A stretch of DNA of 64,000 bases from Nitrosopumilus sp. Lineage in GTDB: Archaea; Thermoproteota; Nitrososphaeria; Nitrososphaerales; Nitrosopumilaceae. A model generated the notes under the pieces. That model made no database searches and was not told the DNA's origin. It saw only the letters and a program-made list of their open reading frames with translations. This document shows, piece by piece, positions 48,206-57,764 of this stretch. The position numbers were made by a program, and so were the translations under genes. Location: positions 32,001 to 96,000 of the forward strand of contig OZ242220.1 in the NCBI GenBank assembly GCA_965206745.1. Direction: 5' to 3'. Position 1 is the first letter of the stretch, and the number at the start of each line of letters is the position of its first letter.

Positions 48206-48560
48206 CTCGCTGATTTTCCCATCCGTGTGTGAGATCATGCATGGAGACGATAAGGATCCCAGAAAATATGGACGTAAAGTTTCCAGGGAATGACACTATA
48301 TCTGACTCGACAAAGACGAAGTTTGTCTTTACAAATCTAATGCTCATGGTGGAATCATTACAACAATCAGAGATGCAAACAGTATTGTTTTTGTTGTTTG
48401 TATGTTTTTCATATTATTGTCATATCTATCATCATAGTGTTATTTAGCGACATCCATCTCCTTACGGCATATGCTTCTTAGGCATGAAGACTGCAAATAT
48501 TCTAGAATCTTCAGTCAATGAAGGTTAAATTGTAAAACCTCGTCTACTTGCTTAAAACCA

Positions 48561-48629
48561 TTGTGTACAAATTACAGTTGTAAATTGTACACAACGCCTT
48601 TTAATCTCCACTGTGTGGTATTGTCAATG
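48561..48629 (+). promoter_or_regulatory. Duplicated palindromic operator + TATA + start cassette (second copy; first at 47570-47632)
   Basis: 63 bp shared with one mismatch; near-perfect palindrome TTGTGTACAAATTACA-GT-TGTAAATTGTACACAA just upstream of TTTTAA. Confidence 0.7.
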
Positions 48630-48700
48630 GCAAAAAATAACACAAAAACAATGGCGGTATTGTTCATAGACTTGCCCCAAAAAATGACACGAGGATTATC

Positions 48701-48928
48701 ATGTCTGATATAGTAGAATCAAAAAAGACACTAAGTTCCATGTGGTACTTGATGCCGTTTTTCTTGGGAGTCATTGGAGGCTTGATTGTATGGATAACCA
48801 AAAAGGATCAAGATCCTGCAAAGGCCAAGAGAATACTGGTGTTGGGAATAGCGCTATCAGCAGTACATGTTGCAATCTCTGCATATTCACAAATAGTGCT
48901 TCATGATGTTCTGATGAATATACCATGA
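48701..48928 (+). CDS. Small membrane protein (WYLMPFFLGVIGGLI..DP.KAK type)
   Basis: Two TMs; tandem paralogue of 49086-49586. Confidence 0.65.
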   Translation: MSDIVESKKTLSSMWYLMPFFLGVIGGLIVWITKKDQDPAKAKRILVLGIALSAVHVAISAYSQIVLHDVLMNIP

Positions 48929-49085
48929 GGTTAGATTAGATATGCAGTGTACAGCAACCATACACGCCAGCTCAAACAGATCGTGTGTTTACAAATTCCC
49001 AAGGTTATGTCATATACTATAGTGATGATAACATGCCCATAGACTTGCCCCAAAAAATTACGAAAGGATTATCATATCTGATATA

Positions 49086-49586
49086 GTGGAACCAAAAAAG
49101 ACACCAAGTCCTATGTGGTATATGATGCCGCTTTTATTTGGAATCATTGGAGGCCTGATTGTATGGGTGGCCAAAAAGAATGACGATCCTACAAGGGCCA
49201 AGAGAATACTGATGTTGGGAATAGTGATATCACTATTATATTTGACAGTACTTGTACATTCACAAATACAAGCTTTTGATCGTGAGATGAGGACGCCACT
49301 GTTCTTACGAGATGCAAACTATACAATACATTGTGACAGGCATTTTTTCCAAAGCCCTACCAACTGCATGATACAAGATCAACACGGTGTACCAATAACT
49401 GAAGATGCAGTAAATCGTATGTCTACATATTGTTTGTATTATAATGGCGATGGGTATCTACCTTGTGATACAGGCGGCAATGATTATCGAGCACTTTTGT
49501 TTTTTCCACTAGTTTTCATCCAGATAATAATCGGGATAGTCATGACAATACTCTGGGGATTCAGTCGGATAAATATAAAACTCTGA
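49086..49586 (+). CDS. Paralogous membrane protein with added Cys-rich extracellular region and third TM
   Basis: Same N-terminus as 48701; the equivalent ATG is ATA at 49074; four Cys in the extension. Confidence 0.6.
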   Translation: MEPKKTPSPMWYMMPLLFGIIGGLIVWVAKKNDDPTRAKRILMLGIVISLLYLTVLVHSQIQAFDREMRTPLFLRDANYTIHCDRHFFQSPTNCMIQDQHGVPITEDAVNRMSTYCLYYNGDGYLPCDTGGNDYRALLFFPLVFIQIIIGIVMTILWGFSRINIKL

Positions 49587-50065
49587 CAAAAATTGCACAA
49601 AGGTAATAATCGTGGCAATACTCTGGGCACTCGGTCAGATAGCAAAAGAACAGTCTTAAAAACAAAGAGAATGAGAATTTAGAATGGCTGTGGCCATGAT
49701 CATAATTCCAGAGCCCATCATTTTGAGATGTATTTTTGTAATTGTAAAACTACATGACGGCACCAAACACAGGACAAGTTGACATTCAAATGAAAATTTC
49801 AGGTTGAAGGGGAATTTTTCAATTCGAAAGAGCCGTATTTGGGGTTTTATGTGCCCTAATTTGAGACCTTCTGGGGATGTTTTTTGATCGGAACAAGATC
49901 CATATCTCAGCTCATACATTCGTAGCCATATGCTGAAAACACACCATACAGAGGAGTGAAAACACACGCCAACTTACCAGAGCATCAGGATCAACATACA
50001 TTAAATCCTAGAATTTTTAATGTAGCTGCCGTGTCTTTTGCATTATATCTTTGAGTCATGTTTAA

Positions 50066-50281
50066 TTATTTTAGTTGCATTTCCTTCATTGGTGTATTAA
50101 AAATCTCATCACGTTTGTCTGGATAGATTTCTAAATATTCCTGTATTGATTGTATTAGATTGTCTACTGCCTCTTCCTCTGTAGTACCAAATGCTGTTAC
50201 CTTATCATTTGTGATACATCGTGAAACAAAGCCTTCTTTTACTTTATGTAAATTATAAGTAACAATCAACCTATTATCCAT
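50066..50281 (-). CDS. HicB-like antitoxin domain (orphan)
   Basis: GFVSRC....VTAFGTTEEEAVDNL..SI.EYL matches the HicB N-terminal fold pattern; no HicA seen. Confidence 0.7.
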   Translation of the reverse strand: MDNRLIVTYNLHKVKEGFVSRCITNDKVTAFGTTEEEAVDNLIQSIQEYLEIYPDKRDEIFNTPMKEMQLK

Positions 50282-50738
50282 GCGTAAACTATATTTTATT
50301 GGTAGCTATTAATCTTTACTAAGAAAATCAAAATGAATAGTTAAATCCTATTTAGTAATGATCTCCTTACCATGAATAGACTTTTGAGATCTAGCCCAAT
50401 ATAGTGACCAGATCACCCTTTCTGACCAGAGCCCAGCACGTCTTGCACTTTCAAGATCAAAAAATTTGCTCAGAGTCAACCATCTTGTAAAACCCAATGC
50501 TAATCATACCAATCCATGCATCTGCAAAATGCCGGTAATCCGTCTTGCATCTGCCACATATGACACTCCTTGCCATGACATGGTATGTTCTGGAACTGTA
50601 AGACGGACATCTGACTGCACAAGTCTGAGCACCTACATGAAAATTCCAGCGCAGTCAGTCTCTCAGATGAATACTTGTGCGGAGTTAATTGAGGGAACAG
50701 GTTTATAATCATCTGACTATAATATCAGAAGAACTCTG

Positions 50739-51893
50739 TTGGAACTAACTAAGGATGAAGAGTCCGCACTAAAAGGCGAGCACGGAGAGATCATGCAGAT
50801 GGCATATAGGATCCTTGTTGCGACAGGCCGCGCCACAGATGCTGAAAGGCTGGTTCCCGTAGAGTGGGTTCACCTCTCTGGCGTAAATTACAACACGATC
50901 GGAGATGCAGGGGAGGAGTTTCTATCTGGCATCAGCAAGAGTGCACGAGTCAAGGTAAAGACCACTCTGAATCCGATGGGCTTTGACATTGATAACGTAT
51001 CGGACTATGGATTAGATGAGAACTTTGTCTCAAAACAACTCTCAATTAAAAGATCTTATGAAACAATGGGCGTAATCCCTTCATTCTCATGCATCCCCTA
51101 CGAGATATTTGAGATCCCAAAGGATGGAACCCAGGTAGCCTTTGCAGAAAGCAATGCCGCAATACATGCAAACTCTTTTGATCATCTAAAAACAAACAAA
51201 GAGAGCGCCTTTAGCGCACTTGCAAGCGCACTTGTGGGGAAGAGCCCGTACTCGTCAATAAGAAAGGAGGATGACCCAAACATTACAATCCGAATGAAGG
51301 TCAAAGATCCCAACGAGCTGACGTATGGCATGCTTGGATTTTTTGCAGGAAAAATCGGGGATACGTCTGTAAATATCTCCGGACTCGGGGAGATCGACAG
51401 GAGGCAGACCAAGGCAATGTGTGGGGGAATGGGAACCTCTGGGACCTGTGCCAAATTTATCTTTGGAGAGGGCAGCTCTGACTGTGAGAAGGTAGACTTT
51501 GATGAAAGGGAGATGAGAAACGTGCATGATGAGCTAAACACCGCAGAGAGGGGCGATATCATCACGCTTGGCAGCCCCCAGCTCGGATTAGATGAGATAT
51601 CTGATCTTGCCGGCAAGCTAAAGGGCCGCTCCTTTCAGAAGAGATGCATGGTGTTTATGCCAAGGACCGTAAAGGAACAGTCCGCAAAGATTGGGTACAC
51701 TGCCGAGCTCAAGCGGGCAGGATGTGAGATTCTGTCTGACTGCTGTACATGTCTGTCCCCCCTGATTAGCAAAGACAGCGTAGATGCAGTGACTACCAAC
51801 AGCATCAAGGGCGCATTCTATCTGAAAAATTCCAACGGCGTGGACGTTAACTTGAAGCCTCTGCTGCAGATAGTCGAGGATGAGACAAGATGA
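50739..51893 (+). CDS. Aconitase X large subunit (phosphomevalonate dehydratase-like)
   Basis: HLSGVNY, TTLNP, SCIPY, AESNA, LGSPQ, SDCC.C.SP, TNSIKG. Confidence 0.9.
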   Translation: MELTKDEESALKGEHGEIMQMAYRILVATGRATDAERLVPVEWVHLSGVNYNTIGDAGEEFLSGISKSARVKVKTTLNPMGFDIDNVSDYGLDENFVSKQLSIKRSYETMGVIPSFSCIPYEIFEIPKDGTQVAFAESNAAIHANSFDHLKTNKESAFSALASALVGKSPYSSIRKEDDPNITIRMKVKDPNELTYGMLGFFAGKIGDTSVNISGLGEIDRRQTKAMCGGMGTSGTCAKFIFGEGSSDCEKVDFDEREMRNVHDELNTAERGDIITLGSPQLGLDEISDLAGKLKGRSFQKRCMVFMPRTVKEQSAKIGYTAELKRAGCEILSDCCTCLSPLISKDSVDAVTTNSIKGAFYLKNSNGVDVNLKPLLQIVEDETR

Positions 51894-52273
51894 AGGTTCT
51901 GGTTGCAGGAGACGTGGAAGGAACCGTCTTGAAATCCGAGGATCCAATCAACTTCTTGGGCACAGTGGACAAAAAGACCGGAGTTATCAGTGACAGGAAT
52001 CATGACTTGTATCAAAAGTCAGTCAAGGGTACCGTTCTTGTCTTTCCATCGGGGGTGGGAAGCAGCGTTGGCGCATATACCATCTATTCGATAAAGTCAA
52101 ATGATACGGCCCCGCTTGCAATGGTCTGCCAAAAGGCCGATCTCACAGTGGCCACCGGGTGCGCACTGGCAAACATTCCGATGATTGTAATTAGTGGCGA
52201 GGAGTTTGCCTCAATTAAAAGCGGGATGAAAATTTCATTTAGCACCGAATCTAATCAAATTCGTTATCGTTGA
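51890..52273 (+). CDS. Aconitase X small (swivelling) subunit
   Basis: PINFLG.VD..TG, LVFPSG.GSSVG. Confidence 0.9.
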   Translation: MKVLVAGDVEGTVLKSEDPINFLGTVDKKTGVISDRNHDLYQKSVKGTVLVFPSGVGSSVGAYTIYSIKSNDTAPLAMVCQKADLTVATGCALANIPMIVISGEEFASIKSGMKISFSTESNQIRYR

Positions 52274-54197
52274 TTCTTTTTTCCTGCAAATCACCCATGC
52301 TCACTTTGACTATCTGGCTTTTGCCTGCCGGCAATGCGCGCACAAATTCGTCTATGCTTATCTTTTTTGTGACATCCTCAAACATCTTTGAGAACTCTAT
52401 CCGTATCTTTTTGGCAGCCTCTACCATCTCTGATCCGTGCGGCTCGATTATCGCATAGCACAGCGAGTTCCTCTTGATCGGTTCTGGAGGTCCGCATGTC
52501 AGGATGTGGTCATCATCAACTGGCATGATCCCGACTGCCAGCCTGAGTGTCTCTGACTTTATAAAATTCCTCTGTCCCTCTATGGTAAATGAGCCCTTTG
52601 GAAGAAACTCCCCGCTTGGCGCGGACTTTTTTACCTGCTCAGGTCGGACCCAGTATGCACTCACGCCGTACATTCCCTCTCTCCAGGCCCTGCTAAAGCA
52701 GACAGTCGCGTGCGCTATCTCGTTCATACTCGTGTCCGGTGCACCTTCTGCATCTTTTATGATAAAGAACGGCGAGCCAAAGATATCCCCGTGAAATATT
52801 TTGTCATTCTTCTCTAGATGCTTCCTGACTATGGCCGAGTTTGATGCGGCATCCCTTCCGCCTATTGCAAGGTATCCGTCAGTCGTAAAGAACCACCTGT
52901 ACCTCTCAAACCAGTTCTTCTTCCTGATCTCCGAGACCACTATCAGCTCCCTCTCCCCTTCGGTCTTGCTCTGGAATTTTTCCAATCTCTTCTCTGTCTT
53001 TTCTTTGACTGCCTGAATGGAGGGTATTGCACCTGACTGCTTCTTTGCCTCATCAAACAATACCGATGCAATTGATTGCAGGGGGGACTGGGTGTTTACC
53101 TTTATCTTCTCATCGCCGATGATGATCAGCGAGTTTCCCCTCTCACTGACCAGCTTTGCATTATTTTTTGCCAGGATCTCCTGTGCCAGATCATCCTCGA
53201 TTGAAACTATTCCCCCTGACACCATTTCAAAGAGCGAGTTTGCGACACTTGTAATGTTCTTTGATCTACCTTTTACCGTCTCAATGGCCCTCTCCTGCTC
53301 GGAGATCTGCGTCTCCAACTCTTTGATCTTTTTATCCGAACCCGTAGACTGAACCCGCTTGCCTTCCTTGATGATGTTTTCAGTAAATACGGTATCTAGT
53401 CCCTCGATGAAACTGTTGGCAGGTATTACCTCGCCTTTGAGCTCTCCTAGCTTGATGGGAAGAACCTCTGTCTTTTCGCCCCTGACTATGACTGCCTCAT
53501 GGTTTCCCGACACTATATCTGAGACAATCTTCTTTACAGTTTCACGTATCTTTTCTATCTCATCCTCAGCTAGCAGGTTTCCAATCTTCTTGCCGTCGAT
53601 CTCTGCAATCTCAAAGACCGCTTCAACATATTTTTTTGGCAGCCCCAAGGTTCTTCCAAACCACTTTGCCGCAACCAGATCCGTGGTTTTCAGTCCGTCA
53701 AAGTCCGATTCCTTGAGATTAAAAATGTCCAAGCCGCTACTTGGCGGCTGGACATACTCTAGTCCGACACCAAGTTTCCTGTGTCTGACATCTATAGAGT
53801 GCTGCAATGCAAGAATCTTCCTCTCTTTGCTGCAAAGTAAGATGTTGCCGTCCCCAAAAAATTCCCCGACTAGTACAAACTCCTTTCCAAATCCCTCAAA
53901 CGTAAAGTATGCAATTCTCTCAGCCCCTATCTGCTCTATCTTTTTCAGTTTTAGTCTGAGAAGATCACTTCTCAGTCTTTTGAGCAGCCTGTTTGGCTCC
54001 ATCTGATCTATCTTTACTGCAGTCAACCAAACGCCGGATGTCGATATCATCATGAATAGATCGCTCTTCTCAGTATGGTGAAGTTTGAAGAGAATGCTAT
54101 CCTTTGTGATTCCATAGATATTGCTGATATAGTAGTCCTGAACCTGCTCTGTGATTGTGTCAACCAGATATCGCAGCTCAATCCCCGATAGTGTCAT
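52251..54197 (-). CDS. rqcH: Ribosome rescue protein RqcH (NEMF/NFACT)
   Basis: EFFGDGNI.L, WFERYRWF, GGRDA.SN, VKKSAPSGEFL..GSF.I.G; start set at in-frame ATG 54197. Confidence 0.9.
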   Translation of the reverse strand: MTLSGIELRYLVDTITEQVQDYYISNIYGITKDSILFKLHHTEKSDLFMMISTSGVWLTAVKIDQMEPNRLLKRLRSDLLRLKLKKIEQIGAERIAYFTFEGFGKEFVLVGEFFGDGNILLCSKERKILALQHSIDVRHRKLGVGLEYVQPPSSGLDIFNLKESDFDGLKTTDLVAAKWFGRTLGLPKKYVEAVFEIAEIDGKKIGNLLAEDEIEKIRETVKKIVSDIVSGNHEAVIVRGEKTEVLPIKLGELKGEVIPANSFIEGLDTVFTENIIKEGKRVQSTGSDKKIKELETQISEQERAIETVKGRSKNITSVANSLFEMVSGGIVSIEDDLAQEILAKNNAKLVSERGNSLIIIGDEKIKVNTQSPLQSIASVLFDEAKKQSGAIPSIQAVKEKTEKRLEKFQSKTEGERELIVVSEIRKKNWFERYRWFFTTDGYLAIGGRDAASNSAIVRKHLEKNDKIFHGDIFGSPFFIIKDAEGAPDTSMNEIAHATVCFSRAWREGMYGVSAYWVRPEQVKKSAPSGEFLPKGSFTIEGQRNFIKSETLRLAVGIMPVDDDHILTCGPPEPIKRNSLCYAIIEPHGSEMVEAAKKIRIEFSKMFEDVTKKISIDEFVRALPAGKSQIVKVSMGDLQEKRINDNEFD

Positions 54198-54299
54198 AAT
54201 CATCGTTATCTTCTCTGAAATTATACTCTTGCTCTGATATGCTCGTATTTTGACCAAAGATATTAAACACGGTTTGCTTGAGACACGCTAGAAATTTAC

Positions 54300-54779
54300 T
54301 TGGCAAAATTCAAAAAGAAGAAATCTGAACCTACTACCGATCCTGCTGACTCTAAAAAGGAGCCCGCAGAAGGTATTCCGGCAAATACTCCAGAAGTGGA
54401 AAAATCCGAACCGACACTGGAGACGCCCCCAGGGGATCCGCCAGTCAGCGTTGCCGAGAAGAGTGAAAAAGACAGGAAATTAAACAAGTTATTCTGGATG
54501 CGTGTTGCCTTGGCAGTCATTGCCGGAACTGCTGCGACTTTTATCTTTGAGGACATTGAAGGTGAGGACAGAAGATGGGCCTCGATTGCATTTATGATTA
54601 TACTATTTTCTGCAACCATCATTGTTGCCAAAAGAATGAATATGCAGCTGCCGTCATCTGATAGAAAAAAAGTTGTCACACAGGCCATAGGCAGCTATGT
54701 CTTTTTGTACCTGTTTTCATGGATTGTAAGCTACACACTGACTCACCTGGGAAGTACAACTGGTGGAATCAACATCTAG
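54300..54779 (+). CDS. EMC6/Rab5ip-like three-TM membrane protein
   Basis: LFWMR...AVIAG, and GSYVFLYLFSWIVSYT resembles the EMC6 last helix. Confidence 0.6.
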   Translation: MAKFKKKKSEPTTDPADSKKEPAEGIPANTPEVEKSEPTLETPPGDPPVSVAEKSEKDRKLNKLFWMRVALAVIAGTAATFIFEDIEGEDRRWASIAFMIILFSATIIVAKRMNMQLPSSDRKKVVTQAIGSYVFLYLFSWIVSYTLTHLGSTTGGINI

Positions 54780-54803
54780 TTTAGAGACAAAAGGTTATGG
54801 TAC

Positions 54804-55394
54804 ATGTGGAAATTTAAGACGCCGGGCATTCCTGATGAGGAATTTGAGAGGGCAGACAAAGTACCTATCACCAAGGAGGAAGTCAGGGTAGTTCAAATAA
54901 GCAAGGCCAGATTAAAACCAGGGCAAACCGTTTATGACATTGGATGTGGCAGTGGCTCCATCTCCATTGAGGCTGCATTACAGATAGAGACATCCGGCAA
55001 GGTACTGGCAGTGGATTATGATAAAAACGCTATAGAGCTGACCAGAAAGAACATGGAAAAATTTGGCATATCAAACATTTCAGTAATTTATGGCGATGCC
55101 AAAGAAAAGATTCTGGAATTGGAAGAGGCTGACACCATATTTATCGGCGGAACAGGCGGGGACACTAGGGATATAGTTGAACTCTCTGAGAAGAAACTAA
55201 AGTCAGGAGGAAGAATTGTGATTGGGACCATACTCATTGAGACCCTCTACTCTGTGTTGCAAGTGTTGGAGAAGCTGCGGTTTGAATCAGTTGATATCAC
55301 CCAGGTTACTGTATCGAAGAGCAGAAAAACCAGCACGGGCACCATGATGCTTGCAAGAAATCCCGTAACCATCATCTCTGCGACCAAGATCTAA
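54804..55394 (+). CDS. cbiT: Cobalt-precorrin-6B C15-methyltransferase
   Basis: PGIPDEEF, PITKEEVR, DIGCGSGS, FIGG, ARNPV. Confidence 0.93.
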   Translation: MWKFKTPGIPDEEFERADKVPITKEEVRVVQISKARLKPGQTVYDIGCGSGSISIEAALQIETSGKVLAVDYDKNAIELTRKNMEKFGISNISVIYGDAKEKILELEEADTIFIGGTGGDTRDIVELSEKKLKSGGRIVIGTILIETLYSVLQVLEKLRFESVDITQVTVSKSRKTSTGTMMLARNPVTIISATKI

Positions 55395-55430
55395 TCTAGA
55401 TTTTTAATTAGGAGAAAAGTCATACCCTTC

Positions 55431-56153
55431 ATGCCTGGGTTAATTGGGATAGGAGTGGGTCCCGGAGATGTTGATCTACTCACTGTAAAGGCCGTCAAGG
55501 CAATTCAGAGTGCGGACATCATAATGTGTCCTGCCTCCCACAAGGACAGGCCCAGCATTGCATTTGGTATTGTACTGCCAATAATTGATAAATCCAAAAA
55601 CCAGGAGATTATAAAACTGATATTTCCAATGACAAAAGACAAGGATGTCTTGAAGGATACATGGAAGAGAAATGCCAAGATCATGGCAGAAACCGTGCTG
55701 AGTGGAAAGAACGTAGTCTATCTCACGGTAGGCGATCCCTTCCTGTATAGTACCTGGATATACATGCACAAGGATCTCAAAGAAAACTATCCTGAGATGC
55801 AGATCAGTGTGATACCTGGGATTGTCTCGATGTTTACATTTGCAGCTAAAGTGGGCGTAAGTGTGGCTGAAGGTGCAGAAAAGGTCGCCATTATTCCGTC
55901 CTGCTATGATCTCTCAAGTGTCAAAGAGATTGCAAAGCATTCCGAGTCGATGATATTTCTCAAGGATGGCCGTTACTTTGATCAGGTAATTGAGGTTCTA
56001 AAGGAATCCGGGTTTCCAGACGACTCTATCTTTGCAATTGGGCAGGATCTTGGGACAGAGAACGAGATCATAAGAAAAATGACATTGGGAGAGGTCAATG
56101 ATTCGTCATTGACGACAAAATATTTCTCAATTTTGGTGGTAAAACGTGTCTGA
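55431..56153 (+). CDS. cbiL: Precorrin-2/cobalt-factor II C20-methyltransferase
   Basis: GVGPGD..LLTVKA, FPM, GDPFLYST. Confidence 0.92.
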   Translation: MPGLIGIGVGPGDVDLLTVKAVKAIQSADIIMCPASHKDRPSIAFGIVLPIIDKSKNQEIIKLIFPMTKDKDVLKDTWKRNAKIMAETVLSGKNVVYLTVGDPFLYSTWIYMHKDLKENYPEMQISVIPGIVSMFTFAAKVGVSVAEGAEKVAIIPSCYDLSSVKEIAKHSESMIFLKDGRYFDQVIEVLKESGFPDDSIFAIGQDLGTENEIIRKMTLGEVNDSSLTTKYFSILVVKRV

Positions 56154-56910
56154 TGTATTTTTTGTCGGCTGCGGTCCTGGCGACCCCGAACTAATCACCG
56201 TCAAAGCCAAAAAACTGATTCAAAAGGCAGACGTTGTCGTCTATTCGGGATCCCTGATACCTGAACCGATTTTAAAGCTGTGTAAAAAAGGAAAACTGCA
56301 CGATGCTGCCAAACTAGTCAGGGAGGAGATCTTTGATCTGCTATACAAGAATGCTAAAAAAGGCAAACTTGTCATCCGACTGCATGATGGTGACCCTTCA
56401 ATTTACGGTGCCATCAAAGAGCAGATCGACAACCTTGAGAAGGGCGGCATCCGGTCTATTGTGGTTCCAGGAGTCACGGCATTTCTGGCCTCAGCTGCCG
56501 CACTTGGAATGCAACTGACACTTCCCGGCGTTACCCAGACAATCATTGTCACAAGGGCAGAGTCCAGGACCAAGGTACCAAAGCGTGAGAAAATCTCTGA
56601 ACTTGCAAAGCACAAGGCAACACTGATTTTTTATCTCAGCATCCACCTGCTCCCAAAGCTAACCGGGGAGGCAGTAGCTGGGGGATATAAAAAATCCACT
56701 CCGGTTGCAATAGTTTACAGAGCCAGCTGGCCGGATCAAAAAATAATCAAGGGAACCCTGGATGATATTGCGCAAAAGGTAAAGGATCAAAAGATTACCA
56801 GAACTGCAATCGTGATAATTGGTGATGTGGTTGATCCCAAGACATACGAGTATTCTAAACTGTATGATAAGAAATTCAGCCACGGTTATCGAAGAGCAAA
56901 GAAGGCATAA
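56146..56910 (+). CDS. cbiF: Precorrin-4 C11-methyltransferase
   Basis: GPGDPELITVK, RLH.GDPSIYGA..EQ, SWPDQ, SKLYD..F.HGYR. Confidence 0.95.
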   Translation: MSDVFFVGCGPGDPELITVKAKKLIQKADVVVYSGSLIPEPILKLCKKGKLHDAAKLVREEIFDLLYKNAKKGKLVIRLHDGDPSIYGAIKEQIDNLEKGGIRSIVVPGVTAFLASAAALGMQLTLPGVTQTIIVTRAESRTKVPKREKISELAKHKATLIFYLSIHLLPKLTGEAVAGGYKKSTPVAIVYRASWPDQKIIKGTLDDIAQKVKDQKITRTAIVIIGDVVDPKTYEYSKLYDKKFSHGYRRAKKA

Positions 56911-57661
56911 TGCTGACCCTGTTTCTTATTCCCATCCTTCCCAGCTTTGTCTGAAATGCCTTGGCATTACCTGTTGCAAAAATTTTCAATGAATTTTTCC
57001 TGGCCTGATTATCCTTTATCTTTGAAACAATCTTCTCTGCAACTGTGTCTGCGGGATCTACAAAACTGATACCCGGATACTGTTCTTCCAACAGTGATCT
57101 TAGGAACGGCAAATGTGTGCTGGACAGGGTGATCACATCGATATTGTTTTTGGATAGTTTCTCGTCAAGAGTTTCTTTAATGATTTTTTTGCAGTACTTT
57201 TTATCTGAAATAAACTTGGCAGACTCTACCAGATCAACGAGTTCCGATCCGTCTATCTTAAAAAACCTGACTTTCTTTGGAGACTTATTTTTTCTGATAT
57301 GCCGTGCCAACCCACTGCTGTTAACTGCACCTCTTGTTGCCAGAATCCCGATCCGCTTTGTCTTTGAGTTCTTTTGAGCATGCTTCAGTGGGGGCTTGAC
57401 ATCCATTACCTTCTTTGTGGTTACATCCAGCATGAGGCTGGGGGTATTTGATGCGACAACTATGATGTCCGGCGAGAATTTTTCCTGCAGTGTTCTGATG
57501 GATCTCTCAATTATCCCAGACAACTGAGCCCGGGACTTGTTCCCATATGGATAGTTTTCCTGATCTGCAAGATAGATGATCTCTGACTTTGAGATCCTTT
57601 GAATTGCCCTAATCACTGACAGCGAACCCAGACCAGAATCAAAGACCGCGATTTTAGCCAC
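56876..57661 (-). CDS. murI: Glutamate racemase-like protein with both catalytic Cys replaced by Ser
   Basis: FDSGLGSLSV, PYG.KS, VASNT (canonical ACNT), LSSTHLP (canonical LGCTHYP). Confidence 0.8.
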   Translation of the reverse strand: MAKIAVFDSGLGSLSVIRAIQRISKSEIIYLADQENYPYGNKSRAQLSGIIERSIRTLQEKFSPDIIVVASNTPSLMLDVTTKKVMDVKPPLKHAQKNSKTKRIGILATRGAVNSSGLARHIRKNKSPKKVRFFKIDGSELVDLVESAKFISDKKYCKKIIKETLDEKLSKNNIDVITLSSTHLPFLRSLLEEQYPGISFVDPADTVAEKIVSKIKDNQARKNSLKIFATGNAKAFQTKLGRMGIRNRVSIMPSLLFDNRG

Positions 57662-57764
57662 AAACCACCTGCAAAATCATAGGTAATGTTTGTTAGCTAA
57701 ATTTACCCTAAAGTTGATCTAAATACACACCGTCCATTAAGACTAAATTTCTAAACGAGTCATC

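Larger units (their letters stand above)
47360..49735 (+). repeat. 51-bp exact direct repeats bracketing a 2.3-kb segment
   Basis: TGGCTGTGGCCATGATCATAATTCCAGAGCCCATCATTTTGAGATGTATTT at 47360-47410 and 49685-49735. Confidence 0.9.

Noticed and set aside
50466-50708. 80-aa ORF as a functional gene or definite IS66 fragment
   Set aside because: Only a vague resemblance to a transposase Zn-finger region; too degraded to call.
44765-50710. TTATAA target-site duplication flanking the island
   Set aside because: Each copy sits where the TATA box of nth or acnX is expected, so the match needs no transposition event.
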